Below, piece after piece: positions 12,901 to 25,840 of a DNA stretch of 64,000 nucleotides. The notes under the pieces are model-generated. The model searched no databases. It saw nothing but the letters and a program-made list of their open reading frames with translations, and was not told where the DNA came from. Source of the stretch: Hydrolagus colliei (lineage: Eukaryota); NCBI GenBank assembly GCA_035084275.1, contig CM068757.1:9486001-9550000 (forward strand), in the 5' to 3' direction. Each line of letters starts with the position of its first letter. Position 1 is the first letter of the stretch. The translations under genes were made by a program, and so were the position numbers.

Positions 12901-15900
12901 TGATATCTATGGAGGAATTTCTCAAAGCTTCGGAAAAGAAAGATTTTATCGACCCAGAAAATTGGGAGGTGAGTAACAACACGACAACAACTTTGATTTA
13001 TATAGCGCTCTCCGTGCAAAGCCAACTTATTGTACAGTATAGTCCAGCACCTCCTGGTGTGAGCATGGCTTGTTGTGAACTCCATGCGGAGTGTGAGAGC
13101 TTCATTAATAATAATACTCATCCCTGCATTTGATACATAGCCCGATCTGTCTTCGAGATGTTTCGAAGTGCTTCACGGAATATATTTCAAAGTGAATTGA
13201 CTGTGTACTTTGTGGACGAAATCCCGCTTGTGTGACCTTCCATTTCTCACATCAGCTCCCAATGGCAGATTGTGCTATTGATGAGATGTTTTTAAGCTCT
13301 TTTCTCTTTGATTCTGGCAGACTAGTGGCAGAACAGACTAGTCAACAGTCAGACAAAGTGTGGATCAGCACCTTCAGAGCAGTTTTGTGTGAAAGGATTA
13401 AATGAAATCTGCAGCACCAGAGTGGGCCATTTGGACCCACTAGTCTATGCCGGGGTTTATACTACTCCTCACTGGTCCCGCAAAGATTATACTTAATCCT
13501 CACATTTAACATCGAGAAGATGTCTTAAAGCACTTCACAGGATTTATTGGAAAGTCTAGTGACTGTATTTTGCAGGTGAACCCAGCAGCCAGCTTGCGCT
13601 TAGCAAAGTCCTACAAACAGAATTGAAGTCAATGAATGGTTTTATGTTGATAAGAGAGCTGCATTGGAGAAGCTGGCAATGGCATGGGCTCGATGAGATG
13701 CTGCCCTGGTGTGAAGGGCGATGCAAGTTTTTGTTGATGATGAGGATGATAATGACGGGCCATTTGGCTGTAATCCCTGCGACTGACTCTCTTGACTTAA
13801 CGCCTGACGTCCCCGTGCTTTGCGGGTGGTTTGTTCTGCAGACGCTGGACGAGCAGGAGCATTATTCTGAGTCTGAGCTGCGGCAGTTTGAGATCCAGTT
13901 GGCCAAGCAGCAGGACGAGCTCAACAAGAAATCTCACGAATTGATGAAGCAACACGATGAGCTGCGGTCACAGCACGACCAGCTTCAGGCTCAGAAACAT
14001 GAACTATACCAGGTACCTGGCTTGCACGCTCCACGCCTGCCTGGTGTCTCTCCCTCCCCCTGCGAGGCAAGCGCTGCGTTCAAGCTCCGGCTACAAGTAG
14101 AGTTATACCCCGCAGCACTGGATCCCATTTGCCTGTTCCCCTGAAAGTGTTTTCTCCTGAGGTACGCTTCATCACTGGCACCGGCTGCCGTGAGGCCATT
14201 CTGGGTGAGAGCCTTTGAACGATCGCAAATGGCCTGAGATTTAGAGTTTGCCCCCACGCTGTGTCCATTCCTTTCTCTAGAACCGCCGGGTTTCTCGCTG
14301 AGAATAAAAATAAAAAACCGTATTGTAATGATGTACTTTCAGAAACCAGACACATGGTGAAGGTATCCTGTGTCTAGACAATTCACCGCGCCCCCACCAC
14401 CAAGACAAACATGAAAAGACCTGGTCAATAGAATCCCTATGGTTGAGTGAGTGCTTTGTTTGATTGTTACATTAGATAGAATTACACAGACTGGAAAAGC
14501 ATTGAAACAGGCCATTTGGTCCAATTAGTCTGTGCCAGTGTTTATACTCCATGTGAATCTCCGAATGTCCCCTCACCCACTCGTACACCAGCACCACCCC
14601 TCTCCTTTACACACCTCTCTATCACTTCTGCCTCACGTATGCGGAGGGAGCCTCCTCTCTTGCCGAGAACCTGACTGAATGTTTCCAATCATTGTCGACC
14701 CTGACAGGCCATGCAGCAGATGGAGCAGAAAAAACACTTTCAGCAGCAAGGCCAGAACCCGGGGGGTCCGAAAATTGAGCTGAAATTCCACCCAGGTTTG
14801 TGCACTGGTGGGTGGGTGGTGGTGGGTGTGATTGGGGAGGGGGGATGGAGGTGTGGGGCGATGCATGACAATTTTACATCAATTGCAATTTTCTTTTGCC
14901 CCCCCAAAAAAGATCAGTGATGAAACTTCTAATCAACTGGGTGCATTTTACATACGAGTCTTAATTCGAACCATTCAAACCCAGATTTGTGTTGCTTAAT
15001 GAATACCCATGGGCCTGATCTTCCTGTCAGCTCTTGTGGTCCTATTTCCCACATGCAGTCGGAGCTCCATTATGCAGTGCTTCAGTAAACGATGGTTCTG
15101 GATATAAATAACATGGTTGGCCTGGGGTGGTCTCTCCATCGCGTCTGCCCTACTGATAGCATGGTTAGAAGTCCACAGGAGTCGTCAATTGCATCTAGAG
15201 AAAGCCCAATTCATAAGCAAGCAAACCTTGATACATGTAGTTTATAAGGCAGTGGCTGTAGCACATAAAAGGTTCCATGTGACCCAATCCCTCAGAGAAG
15301 CAAGTCAGTTGTCTGTTGAGTGTCTTGTTAGCTACCCTGAAGTTTATCATGCTTGCCAGTTTTATACCTTAAGCTGGGCAATATCAACTTAGCTTGAACT
15401 GGCTTTAGTTGGGACAGCAGAGACCGTGTAGCTCACAATGTTACCAGGAATCTCTGCTGCCTTGATTCTAACCAGAAGGCTCCGCTGGCTAATTGCATTG
15501 GATTTTAAACAGGCTAAATCTAACCCTCCCACCCACCCTTAATTACTGTAGTTTTTTTAAATCTGATGTTATTTTTAATTTGTGCAAAAGGATACAGCAA
15601 TTTACAGCAGTGAGTGGCATCTTTCCTGCACTTGGCGATGTCAGTGGCGACCGGCAGCCAGTTTTATACCCTGAGCCTCTGTAACATGGTGTCTGATTTA
15701 TTGATCTACCGCCTTGTAACAGGGGTGTGACCTCAGCTGTCCAAGCTCAGCGGCTTATTACAGCCTTTTGTTTTTCAGCAGAGCAGCAGTCAAATCCTCC
15801 AGAAAACCTCAAGCCCCCGACATCAGCAAAGGCAAATGCTCTGGATAAAGTTCACGATCTAATTCAAGATAAAGCTCATGATCCAGTTCAGGACTTGAAT

Positions 15901-15945
15901 CTGGCCGCTACGACAGACCCCAGACATGATGGAGCTCTACATTGA
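3936..15945 (+). CDS. NUCB2: Nucleobindin (NUCB2/nesfatin-1 precursor-like), 3' 11 coding exons; the signal-peptide exon was not found in the window
   Basis: AG/GT-bounded, frame-consistent exons: 3936-4043 ([23 protein letters not shown]), 5610-5736 (alternative donor 5742; KLDELKRQE), 7167-7270, 7994-8179, 8834-8924, 10732-10790 (EF1 [12 protein letters not shown]), 12673-12765, 12879-12968 (EF2 [12 protein letters not shown]), 13842-14012 (coiled coil), 14708-14795, 15779-15945 (TGA). NUCB2-type residues ([30 protein letters not shown]) and adjacency to NCR3LG1-like genes favour NUCB2 over NUCB1. Confidence 0.88.
5798..6092 (+). mobile_element. tRNA-headed SINE, same family
   Basis: gagtcctgtagctcag head through aaggattattagtag tail. 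Confidence 0.8.
6681..6985 (+). repeat. Local duplication of the 3' half of NUCB2 exon 7994-8179 plus the following intron start
   Basis: Near-identical to 8101-8405 (offset 1420), including the CCA|GTAAGC donor. Confidence 0.92.
9167..10405. mobile_element. Non-autonomous hAT-type DNA transposon in a NUCB2 intron
   Basis: TIRs TAGGGAACGACGATAT / ATATCGCCGTTCCCTA (15/16 match); 8-bp flanks TTGGATAG (9159-9166) / TTGGATAT (10406-10413); subterminal CGATAT repeats; no transposase. Confidence 0.85.
9411..10100. repeat. G-rich minisatellite (unit approx. GGGGAGAGAGACGGCTGGGG) inside the hAT element
   Basis: Dozens of variant units with extreme purine/G strand bias. Confidence 0.95.
11128..11452 (+). 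mobile_element. tRNA-headed SINE with L2-like tail (abundant family)
   Basis: tcctgtagctcagtgattagagcacttgcc head, box-B-like ggttcaattc, conserved core, tail aaggattattagtagtag. Confidence 0.85.
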
Positions 15946-18900
15946 TGTTGCCTCTCCTCCCACCACCTCCTCCCCTCTTCCCTCCACCTCCACCTCACCA
16001 CCCCCACCCCTCACACCACTCCGCACTCTGCCTCTAGCGCTCAGCCAGTCCCTGAGATACCTGCCAGACCTCTGGGTCCACTTCCTTCATGTTTCCAGTC
16101 CAGTTACTGAGCCACAATCTGTAGCTGTTACCTGTCATGGTCTAATTCGATTTGATAATCACACAGTTTACTGAGCGATCGGGTGAGCAAGCGTTTTGTT
16201 GAAGGAGGTCTCTGAAACTCTTGTGTGCAGATATTTATTTTTGACCGAAAGAGATTTATTAAGCTACCATCTGAAGTACAATTTCATTTCAACCCGCCCC
16301 CTTTCCCATGACCAACCCGTTATTATTCAATCTGAAATTAACAGTTTTATTTAACATTCCTGGGGGGAGTGGAGAGGGGAATTAGTTTTGTTTGACTGGG
16401 TAGGCAGTGTTCAATCACTTCTACGTACATTTAGCTCCATGATTTTTTGGGGAGGGGTTGAGGTATGTGACGGGAGACAAAGGAGTTGTGTGTCTGTTGT
16501 GTGTGTATAAGTGTGTGTTTGGAATCAGAGTTGAAATTATCTTGTGATTCAATCATGTGTTCGTTCCATTGTGATTATTTTGGGTTGAAAAAAAGTCCTC
16601 ATCAAGTTTTTTTTCTTGGTGTGTGGGCTATGGAGTTGGGGATGAGCGGCAGGGGCTGGGGCATCTGAGGTATTGCAGAATGTGGTTTGCCTCAACCTTT
16701 CCGATGTTCCCATGTTCCTTCTCAATCGTTACTCCCAGTCGAGGATCTGTCCAGAATGCAGACTCCACCAGGTCCGACTCTGTCTCCCATCCTCATGGCC
16801 AGTGATGATGGAAATCCATCCATTATCCTACAGCATAATGTTAAGCACGCTCGCCCCACAAGCAAGAGGACCTGGGTTTGATTCCCGGGCACTATGAAAC
16901 CCTAGGCAAGGTTTCCTTACTCCGCACATCTTCGTTTACCTACCAGTAAGTCGGAACCCAGTTGTTGATTGGCGAATTACTTTCCGGGGCTAATAATTCC
17001 CCCACCCAAAGTGGTCACTGAATCCACGATTGCTTATCGTGCTGCGCGCAATTAGCTGCCTCGTCTCGCCCTCATTTTGAGCGCCAGATAAGCTGATTGT
17101 GAACATGATTTGAAATGAATGGAATCTTTGTTCTGAATTACTAATTTACCAAATTGATACCGGATGTTTGGCAGCCATGGCACTTGATGCTTTTTGTTAT
17201 TTTCTGAATAGGGGTTTGGTGGGAAAATTGCCACAAACTAAATCTAATTCAGTATTTTAAAAGTGAGTAAACCATGTGCCTGATCTTTAGAATCTTAAAA
17301 GCATCAGCTAAGAGCACTTACCTTTGTGATTTATTGGTGTATGTTTCATTTTAAACATTGGACAATTGATACACTGGAGTGAGCCCTGTGTGTCTCACAC
17401 TTTGTTACAGCCCGCTGTGTGCAGAGAGTACTGTACACGCACACCATACACACACTGTCTCTGTCCTGTGAATCTCCTGTTAAAAGATGGCATGGTGTGT
17501 ATATGAGGGGGGAAATGGACGGAATGCACCACCTTAAAATATAAAAAGGCACAAAAAACTTATTCAGAGAATACTGTGAATTGTTAATTGTCCTTTGTTT
17601 TTGGGGATTCTTTAAAATATTTTAGCAGTTTGGATATTTGTAAACATGATGTTTTTGTAGATTCTTAGAGATTCACAGAGCAGAAGGAGGCCATTTAGCT
17701 AATTGAGTTATCAGCTATTCACAGAACAAGTCTATTCAATCTCTCTGCCCCTTCGTGTCCTTGACTCCCTTTAAACTACTGCCATATATCTAGGGTCTAC
17801 TTCTCTCTTGAAACACACATGGAATCTGCTCTACCACCTTGCTTTGCCGAATATTCCACATCCTAATAACTGAGGGTATTAAAAATAAATCCTAAACTCC
17901 TCTTTCGTTCTTCTTGTGACTATCCTCTGACTCTCACAGCGGAAATACCTTCTTCCTATTTACGCTGTTTAGTACACTTCTTTCAGGTTCCTCTCTACTC
18001 CCAACGAAAACAGGTTTGTTCCTTCAGAACAGAGGCAGTCATTACAAAACTTATCCCGAGACCTGAAATGACAACTTGTCTGAAACCCAGTGAGACCATT
18101 CTGCCTTAGAATTTAAGATGTGGTTAGAAATGTGCAAAGAAATCCAGTCTGAATTTAGAAGCTGTTTTTCAGGATCTTCCAAAGAAACCAGTTTCCATAT
18201 TATGGGTGGACTTGAAAGGTGCTTCACATTTCTGTGGTATCTTCAATTAAAAAAAAACATTTAACGTGCTGACAGAGACTGAGGAGGAATTTCAGATCTC
18301 TGCTGGAGCTTTGACTTGCATTGAAGCGTAAAGATTTATGTTGTGCAGGAGAACTTTTGTTGGAAACATCAGCTGCTCCTTACAGAGACTCGGCGCCTCC
18401 ATCCTAACACATGGCCTCAAGATAGTGTGATACACAAGCGTAGCTGACTGTGAGAGATAAGCTAACTCTCAGTGGCAGATGCTTACGACAGCTACCTAGT
18501 ACGTAATGCTTCTAGGTCACGAGGATGGAGGATTTGACTGATACTGTTCCTTTCTTTTCTTTGTGTTACCTGGTACTTGACCATAGTTAAAGCCCTTTCC
18601 AACAGATTCTTTCTTTAAGCGAGATCCCGTCTGCCTGTTCAGGTCATTACATGTCCCGTGGCACTATCGGGATTTTCTCCCGATATCCTGGACAACTTAT
18701 TCCCCCCCAAAAATTGACTAATCACTCCATGGCTGTTTGTGGGACATTGCTGTGTGCAAACTGGCTGCTGCATTTCACCCACAAATACACAGTCGATCCA
18801 CTTTACAGCATATCCTGTGAAGCGCTTTGAGATGTCTTGACAATGTGAGAAGGCGCTGTATCAAATGCGAGGATTATTTCAAAACGTGCAGTTTTTCTCC

Positions 18901-19184
18901 TTTGTATGAAACATGTACCGTTTATTTTTGATGTTTTTTTTATTAGTGGTGCAATATTGGTGGATGAAAATGTTTCAGTTAATTTCTGTTGAATTCTTTG
19001 TAAGAATTGGTTTTAAAAAAAATGACATTTGGAACATAAAAGCAGAATATTTAAACTACTGATGGTGTTGTTTTTATTTTGTTTGCATAAAAACCACAGT
19101 TAATCGATCATTACCTTTTCTATAGAAAAGGTTTCATCATTTCATTGACCCAAATCTCCACAGTGTAGTTTGTTACTAAAACAA

Positions 19185-20200
19185 CTTGCATTTATAAGGT
19201 GTCTCTCACGCAGGAATCTGTCCCAGGGCGCTTGACAACGGCAGAGCACAACCCTAAGCCAGAGGAGCGGGGAGGTGATGGTAGGCATGGTTGAAGTGAA
19301 GGTCTTCAGGCACGGCCAAAAGATGGGGAAGGAAGAGGTACGGTGGAGGGATAGAGAAAGAGTATTTCAGAGTTCAGGGCGTAGTAACTGAAAGTGCGAC
19401 CACCGACGGTGGAACAGAGAGCATGAGGGACATGCAGATGCTGGAGCCAGTCAAGCAGAGACATTTGGAAATGAGAGTAAGCAAGTCACAGAGGTAATGA
19501 GGTATCAGACATGAAGGGATTTGAAGACAAGTCTGAGGATCCTGAAATCGATCTGTTGAGCAATAGGGAACCAGTGGAGCTTGGTTAGAACTGGTGTGAT
19601 GGGGGCATGGAGTTAGTATGGGTGAGTATGCAGGTGGTGGAGTTTTGGTTGAACTTTATCCTGTGCGTGGTGGAGCTGGGGAGATCAATGAGGAAGGCAT
19701 TGTGTTGAGGAAGGAGTAGTTGAGGTGACGAATGCATGGACAAGTATTTTGGCTGCGTCTGAGGTAAGGTATGATCGGAGGCGGGCAATATGAGGGAGGT
19801 GGAGGAAGACGTTCCTGGTCAGGGTAGGTAGGAATGACCGCTGTGGGTCATACTTGACTCCTAGGTTGCACACCAGTTTGGTGAGTTTGCGTGATAGGCT
19901 GTGGAGGTTGAGGAGGTCAGAGCCACAGGAGAGAAGGTATGGCCTCCGTCTTGTCGACATTTAGTTGCAAAAAATTTGTGCTCATCCAGGCCCTGATGTT
20001 GGCCAGACAAGCTGACAGAACATCAGCGGAACTGGGAGCTGGAGTCGCAGCTGGTGGAGGAAGATAAGTTGGTTTGTGTGTTATCCGCATATGTGTGGAA
20101 GTTGACCCCATGTCTGTAAATGACGTCGCCAAAGGGAGCATGTAGAATGAGGAAAAGGAAGTGAGCAATTATGGAGTCATGGGGTATGCCACAGATGACC
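19185..20200 (-). mobile_element. Degraded L2 LINE 3' part
   Basis: NFLQLNVDKTE and RSYLTSDAAKILVHAFVTS; L2 tail near 19190. Confidence 0.8.
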
Positions 20201-20859
20201 GGGGAGAGGGTGAGAGATTAAACAGTTTGCAGAGCAAAAGTGTGGGTTATAAGGTCAGTTAGTTAGCTGTTTAAAGTCCAGCAGTACTCCCAACACATTC
20301 TCTGGAGTCCCCAAGCTTTGGCTCTTGCCAACCTATGCCTAATACTTTCCAGAATTAGATAAACAGAGGATATCTCTTCAGGGAGAGGGAGTGCATATTC
20401 CATTCTGGACACAAATGTCCATCTTTAAGTCGCTTACAAACGTGGAAATCGGTATGCTGTTAGCATTCTTATACATTGTGAAGGGTTCTCACATGTTTTT
20501 AGGTCCTGCAATATTTGTGGATTGAAAGGCTTAGTGAGTTTCTTTCAAAAGATGACACTTTACAGCGCCTTGGGACGTCCTCCCGACGTGAAAGTCGCTA
20601 TATAAATGTAATTTTTGATTTGATTTGACTTGGAACAAAAAAGCAGAAATAGTTACTGATGGTGTTTGTTCTGTTGGTCTGAAAGCCACAGTGATACATT
20701 GTGATCACTGAGTGACAAAAAAAATGCCTAGCAGTGCCTTAAAGTGTTGTTTGAGTGTTCAATTTCAATACAAACCCACTTCCTTTGTAAAGTATGAACG
20801 GAAGAGGCCAATATGGGGGAGGTGGAGGAAGACATTCAGGGTAGTTAGGAACGGTTGGG

Positions 20860-21750
20860 TAGGTCAGGGTAGGTAGGAAACCTCCAGTCTGGTTTCTGCC
20901 CTGCCCACAGTTCAGAGACTGTGCTTGTGAAACTCACAAGCGATGACCTCTCTTTCCGTGATCAGTCCTCTATATCTCTATCCCTCTTCCTCCTTGTCCT
21001 CCTGGATCTCTCCCTTTGTTTGACACAGTCGATCACGCCATCCTCCTCCACCGCCTGTCCTCCGTCATCCACCTCAGTGGGACCGCACTCGCCTGGTTCG
21101 AGTCCAACCTCACAAACCAAAAGCAGTATATCACCACAAACGGCTTTTCCTCCCGCTATCACCCGGTTACCTGTTGGGTAACCCAAAGATCCATTCTTGG
21201 CCCCCTTCTCTTCCTCATCTACATGCTCCCTCTTGGTGAGGTCATCCGCAGACATGGGGTACACTTCCACACGGATGACACCCAACTCTATTTCTCCACC
21301 TCACTTTGCGACCCCCAGTCCCCTGATGTTCTGTCATCCTGCCTGTCAGACATCAGGAGCTGGATGAGCGCAAATTTCCTGCAGCTGAATGTTGTCAAGA
21401 CAGAAGCCATAGTCTTTGGCTCCTGTCAATGTCTTCAATCACACGGCTCCTCCACCTACCTGACCTGCCCACAAAACTCTCCGAACCTGTACGCAACTTT
21501 GGCATCAGGTTCAACCCCCAACTGTCCTTCCTCCCCCACATCTGGTCCCTCACCATCACTGCTTTTTTTCATCTCCAATGTATCGCCCGTCTCCGGCAAT
21601 ATCTCACCCCAAAAGCTGCTGAAACTCTGGTCCATGCCTTTGTCACCTCTTGGCTGGATTACTCAAATGCCCTCTGCGCTGGTCTTCCCTCCACCACAAT
21701 CCATAAAATCCAGCTCATACAGAACTCTGAGGGTGCTATATAAACAAAGC
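20860..21750 (+). mobile_element. Degraded L2 RT fragment
   Basis: FDTVDHAILL, SILGPLLF, DDTQLY and NFLQLNV motifs, frameshifted. Confidence 0.85.
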
Positions 21751-22639
21751 TGTTGTTGTTGAATAATGTTTCCATTTGAAGCTGCGTCATGTCTTATCTC
21801 AAAGCATTTTTTGTACAACGAGTATAGTGTGCTGACTTGGGGAGTTGCTATCTGCACCAAAATGAGTGATCGAGTTTTTTTGGGGTGAATTCAGCTGAAT
21901 AATATTTTACAAAATCATCTTAAAATTGCATTCCCTTTCTCTCTCTCTCTCAATTTGTGCATGGTTCATTGTGGAAACAGTTTACATGTAGCACAAATAC
22001 AAGCTTGACTCAATGCCAAATGGCTCTGCCTCTGCTAGCAGCCTATCTACAAAGACTAAGCCCGAGCTGCATGATATCTACTATATACATGCACATTTGT
22101 TTTTTCTTTGCTGACTTTGATAAGGCTTTGGTGGATTCGTTAAACTCTTAAATTGCGGTGCATCTTGAATAATGTTGCAAAACAAAATTGCCCAGAGTAT
22201 TTAACTGAGTAAAGATTCTCTGAGCCACTTTTTCTGTTCTCATCTGCACATGGGTGCAGCTTCTTCAGGGATCACTGTACACTATAAACTAATGACGAAC
22301 AGGAAACTTCCTAATATTGTTACCCCCTACCCCTCCTTCTGCCTATGGATGTTGATGTCACTGCTTGGCTGAATTAATTGAGTCAAGTTCAGGGTTGGAA
22401 CTTGGGACTTTCCCAGAATAAGATCCATGCGAGGGAATTAGGCAGTGTCTCTATTAACAGATTTGTTGAAGAACTCAGTTGTATTCTCTCTGCGCTAACG
22501 GGAGAATCATTCACCGATATAATACATTCGGTACACTTTTGTTCTCCCAATTGTTCTCCCAATTGTCCAGCTGTTTAATGTTCATCTTTTACATATTTTA
22601 GCTGCAGAAATGGGAATTTGAATAATTTCTTCAACAACA

Positions 22640-23000
22640 ACTTGCATTTTTAAAGCGCCCTCCACCCTGAGCGGCGTCTCAGAGCACTTCATAATGGCGG
22701 AGCCTGAGGCCGAGCTAGTGCGAGGGTGAAGCACAGTCGAAGAGAAAGATCTTCAGGCTCATCCCGAAGATGGGGAATAGATGGGGTGAGGCAATGGGGT
22801 TGAGGGAGAGAGTTCCAAAGTTTGGGGGCATAGTGCGGTGACCGCTGGTGGAGCAGAGGATTCGGGGGAACAGGGAGAAGGCTAGACTCAGTAGAACGGT
22901 GGCAGTGGGTACTGCTGTGAGGAGATAGGAGGTTAGAGGTGCTGAGGAGTGGAGGGATTTAAGCACAAGAATCAAAGGGCTTTTTTTCTGTGATTGTGTA
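22640..23000 (-). mobile_element. L2 3' end fragment
   Basis: (AAC)n tail and L2 3' end similarity on the minus strand. Confidence 0.65.
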
Positions 23001-25652
23001 ATAGATATTTCAGAAGTGGCAGTGGATGGGTGGGGTGAGTTGGGGAACGTGGAGACTAAAGCTCGTTGTGTGAAATGTTTCAAAGGGGAAGAGGGTTTAA
23101 TTGCTTGATTCCTCTTTGTAAAAGAGAACTTCAAGGGGAAGCTGCTGTCATGAGGGTGCGGATCATTTCCAGCTCATTTGTCATGAGGCTCCATGCAGAC
23201 TGCCTGGATCTGGCTACATACAGCATGACAGCGAAAATAACTATGCCTGGGAGAAAGAGGGAAATTTTCAGTCTTGAGAGAAGGTCATGACATCTTATGG
23301 GGATGTTTATTCTGGTACTGGTCTACTCCATGACACACGGCCCGCTCGCTCCAGCGCCTTGGGATGACTTCCCGAATCAAGTATAAATGCAATTTGTTGT
23401 TCTTTTAAAATTGTGATTTTAAAAATTAATTTGTTTTAGGAGAGAGCAGAACAAGAGGATATGAATTTAGAGTCACAAAGGGCAATTTTAGGACAGACGA
23501 GAGCAGGCTTTTCTTTACCCAGAGGGTAACTAATAGCTAGAGCAAGTTACCAGGGAAGGTGGTTGAGGCCAGGACACTGGACATCTGTGACCTGAATGGA
23601 CTAAAAAGGCCTTTTTCTTAAAAACCGATCTTGTGAGCGTCCTCCGATGTACTGAATGACACGTGTTTTCTCTGTCGTCAGAGTGAAACTATCAGATATA
23701 GTTGCTGGGATTTCCCCCTTCGAGCTGCCTAACACCAGACAAATAACACTGACAACAAGCAGATTAGGTGATGTGGTAGCATTTCCAGCAAATTGAACAA
23801 TTTGCTCACTTTTATGTTGTTGTTATATATCATGTGAATTGGCTACTATGATACCACCTTCTCATACGTGCTTCTGATTCCTGCCCTAACAGAGTGAGAA
23901 CCAACAATAGCAATAGCACCTTTCCTGGAAGTGTTTTACCGGGACTGTGTGTGTGTCTAGTGGGTGGGTGGGGGGAGTGGACACTGATCCAGGTGGATAA
24001 GGACTAAGGAGGAAGGGGATTGACGGAGTACTCAAGGATGTTGATTTTCTGGAAGGAAGGCAAAACCTTGGGCAAGTTTCCTAACTCCACATGCCTAATA
24101 ATCCCTCAAAAAAATAATAAAATTGGTCATTTCAATCCACGACTATTTGTGGGACACTGCACTGTGCAGTTGGCTGCCACAGTCAATTCACTTTGCAGTA
24201 TAATCTGTGAAGCACTTTGAGACGTCTAGAAGACGTCGAAAGCGCTGAAATGCATGGGATAAGTACAGTATTATTATTTGGAGCTCAGCAGTTAAGCAAG
24301 GTGGCGGTTATATTGACGGTAGCGAGTTGGAGGGTAAGAATTGGTCACAACACCACTTTAAGCGCTTTGAACTGTCTTTGCAAATATGAGAGTGGCTACA
24401 TCAAGGGCAAGATTTCAGTATGATCAACAAGAACAACTTATATAGCACTCTTCACAATAGGTAGTGTCTCAGGGAACACAAGAGTGGTATTATCCACACC
24501 AAAGGGGAGTGCTAAGCACCTCAGCATACCTATGGTCACCTCAAGTCACCTTCAGATGGGACCAGAGCACTTGATAAATGCTCAAAGAGGAAATATACAT
24601 TTACTGCAGATTGTGAAAGTCTATCCTAGTATTGTGCAATGCTATAACTGCAGATGGCTGAGACAATGCTATTTTTCATATTTCATAGATGGTGTTTATA
24701 ACATCTCATGGAAAATAATAATCCTTGCATTTGATATAGCACTTTATTACATCTTTGTGACATCTTAAAGCATTTCGCAGAATATCCTGTAAAGTGAATT
24801 TACAATAAATTTTGTGGGTGAAATTCAACAGCCAATTGTACACAGCAGTCTTCCACAAATAGTTGTGGATTGAGTGACAAAATTATTATTATTATTATTA
24901 CCATTTTTTCGAACTGATTATTACCCTCGGACAAGAAATCCACCAATCACTTAACAACTGGGTTCCTACATACTGCTAGGTAAATAGAGATGTTGATCTC
25001 TTTGGGGGTCTGCTGTCACGTTACAGCTCTTTCATCAGTAGGTTCCCTTTCTCGAGAGCGGTTTGGCTACTGTCAGTTACAGATAGCACTGTCCCATTAA
25101 CAGCCACAAAGTTTATGGTCAATTAACTGGAGAATTATCAGGACGCCAGGGGTTCCTCTATTAGCTTTTCAAACACTGCCATTCCATCTTTATTGTGTAC
25201 CTTAATGGGCTGATGGGACCTCAGTTTAACACCTTGACCTTTCTATAATGTAGAGTCCACCAGCATTGCCCTGCAGTGTCAACCTAGAATGTGAGCACAA
25301 AATTTTACAACAACAAATTATGTTTTGTAGAGCGCCTTTCACATCGGGAGAACATCCCAAGGCGCCGAACAGTCAGGTTGGGACCATTCCACCCCCTATG
25401 TTGGGGAACTCCATGCTATAGGGAAAGGACCTTACATAACATGAGCTTTTCCAAGCATTATTTAACTTTGTGATCCACTGACGATTGTGTAAGTTACTCA
25501 CCCTCTCTCTTCCCCTCATTAATGCTTCAATATATAAAGAGCAATTACCCATTTTGAATTCATGATGATATTCTATATAATCTTACCCTGTAAAAGCGTT
25601 AAAGCCAAGATCGTGGTAAAGTCTTGAATTCGATCTTAATTTGGAGGTTTGT

Positions 25653-25658
25653 TTTATT
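25653..25658 (-). terminator. Candidate polyadenylation signal of the dioxygenase
   Basis: AATAAA on the minus strand about 185 nt downstream of the TGA. Confidence 0.45.
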
Positions 25659-25840
25659 TAAAAGCTGCCGCTGGCTTCCTATTTAAGACAGTATTTAAGA
25701 ATATCTTACAAGTCCCCACTACCTTACATTTTAGTACAAAATGGTTCTTACAGGCTAAGCCAAGGTGGTATTTCAGGGGTTCAGATATTGCCAGTTCTCC
25801 AGGTGTTTGCCAGGTGGTTTGGAATAGATGGCTGTAAATT

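Noticed and set aside
3936-15945. Assignment as NUCB1
   Set aside because: More NUCB2-type residues and NCR3LG1-like neighbours; not fully excluded without a phylogeny.
16800-16860. Possible C/D snoRNA (AGTGATGA)
   Set aside because: No properly placed CTGA D box or terminal stem.
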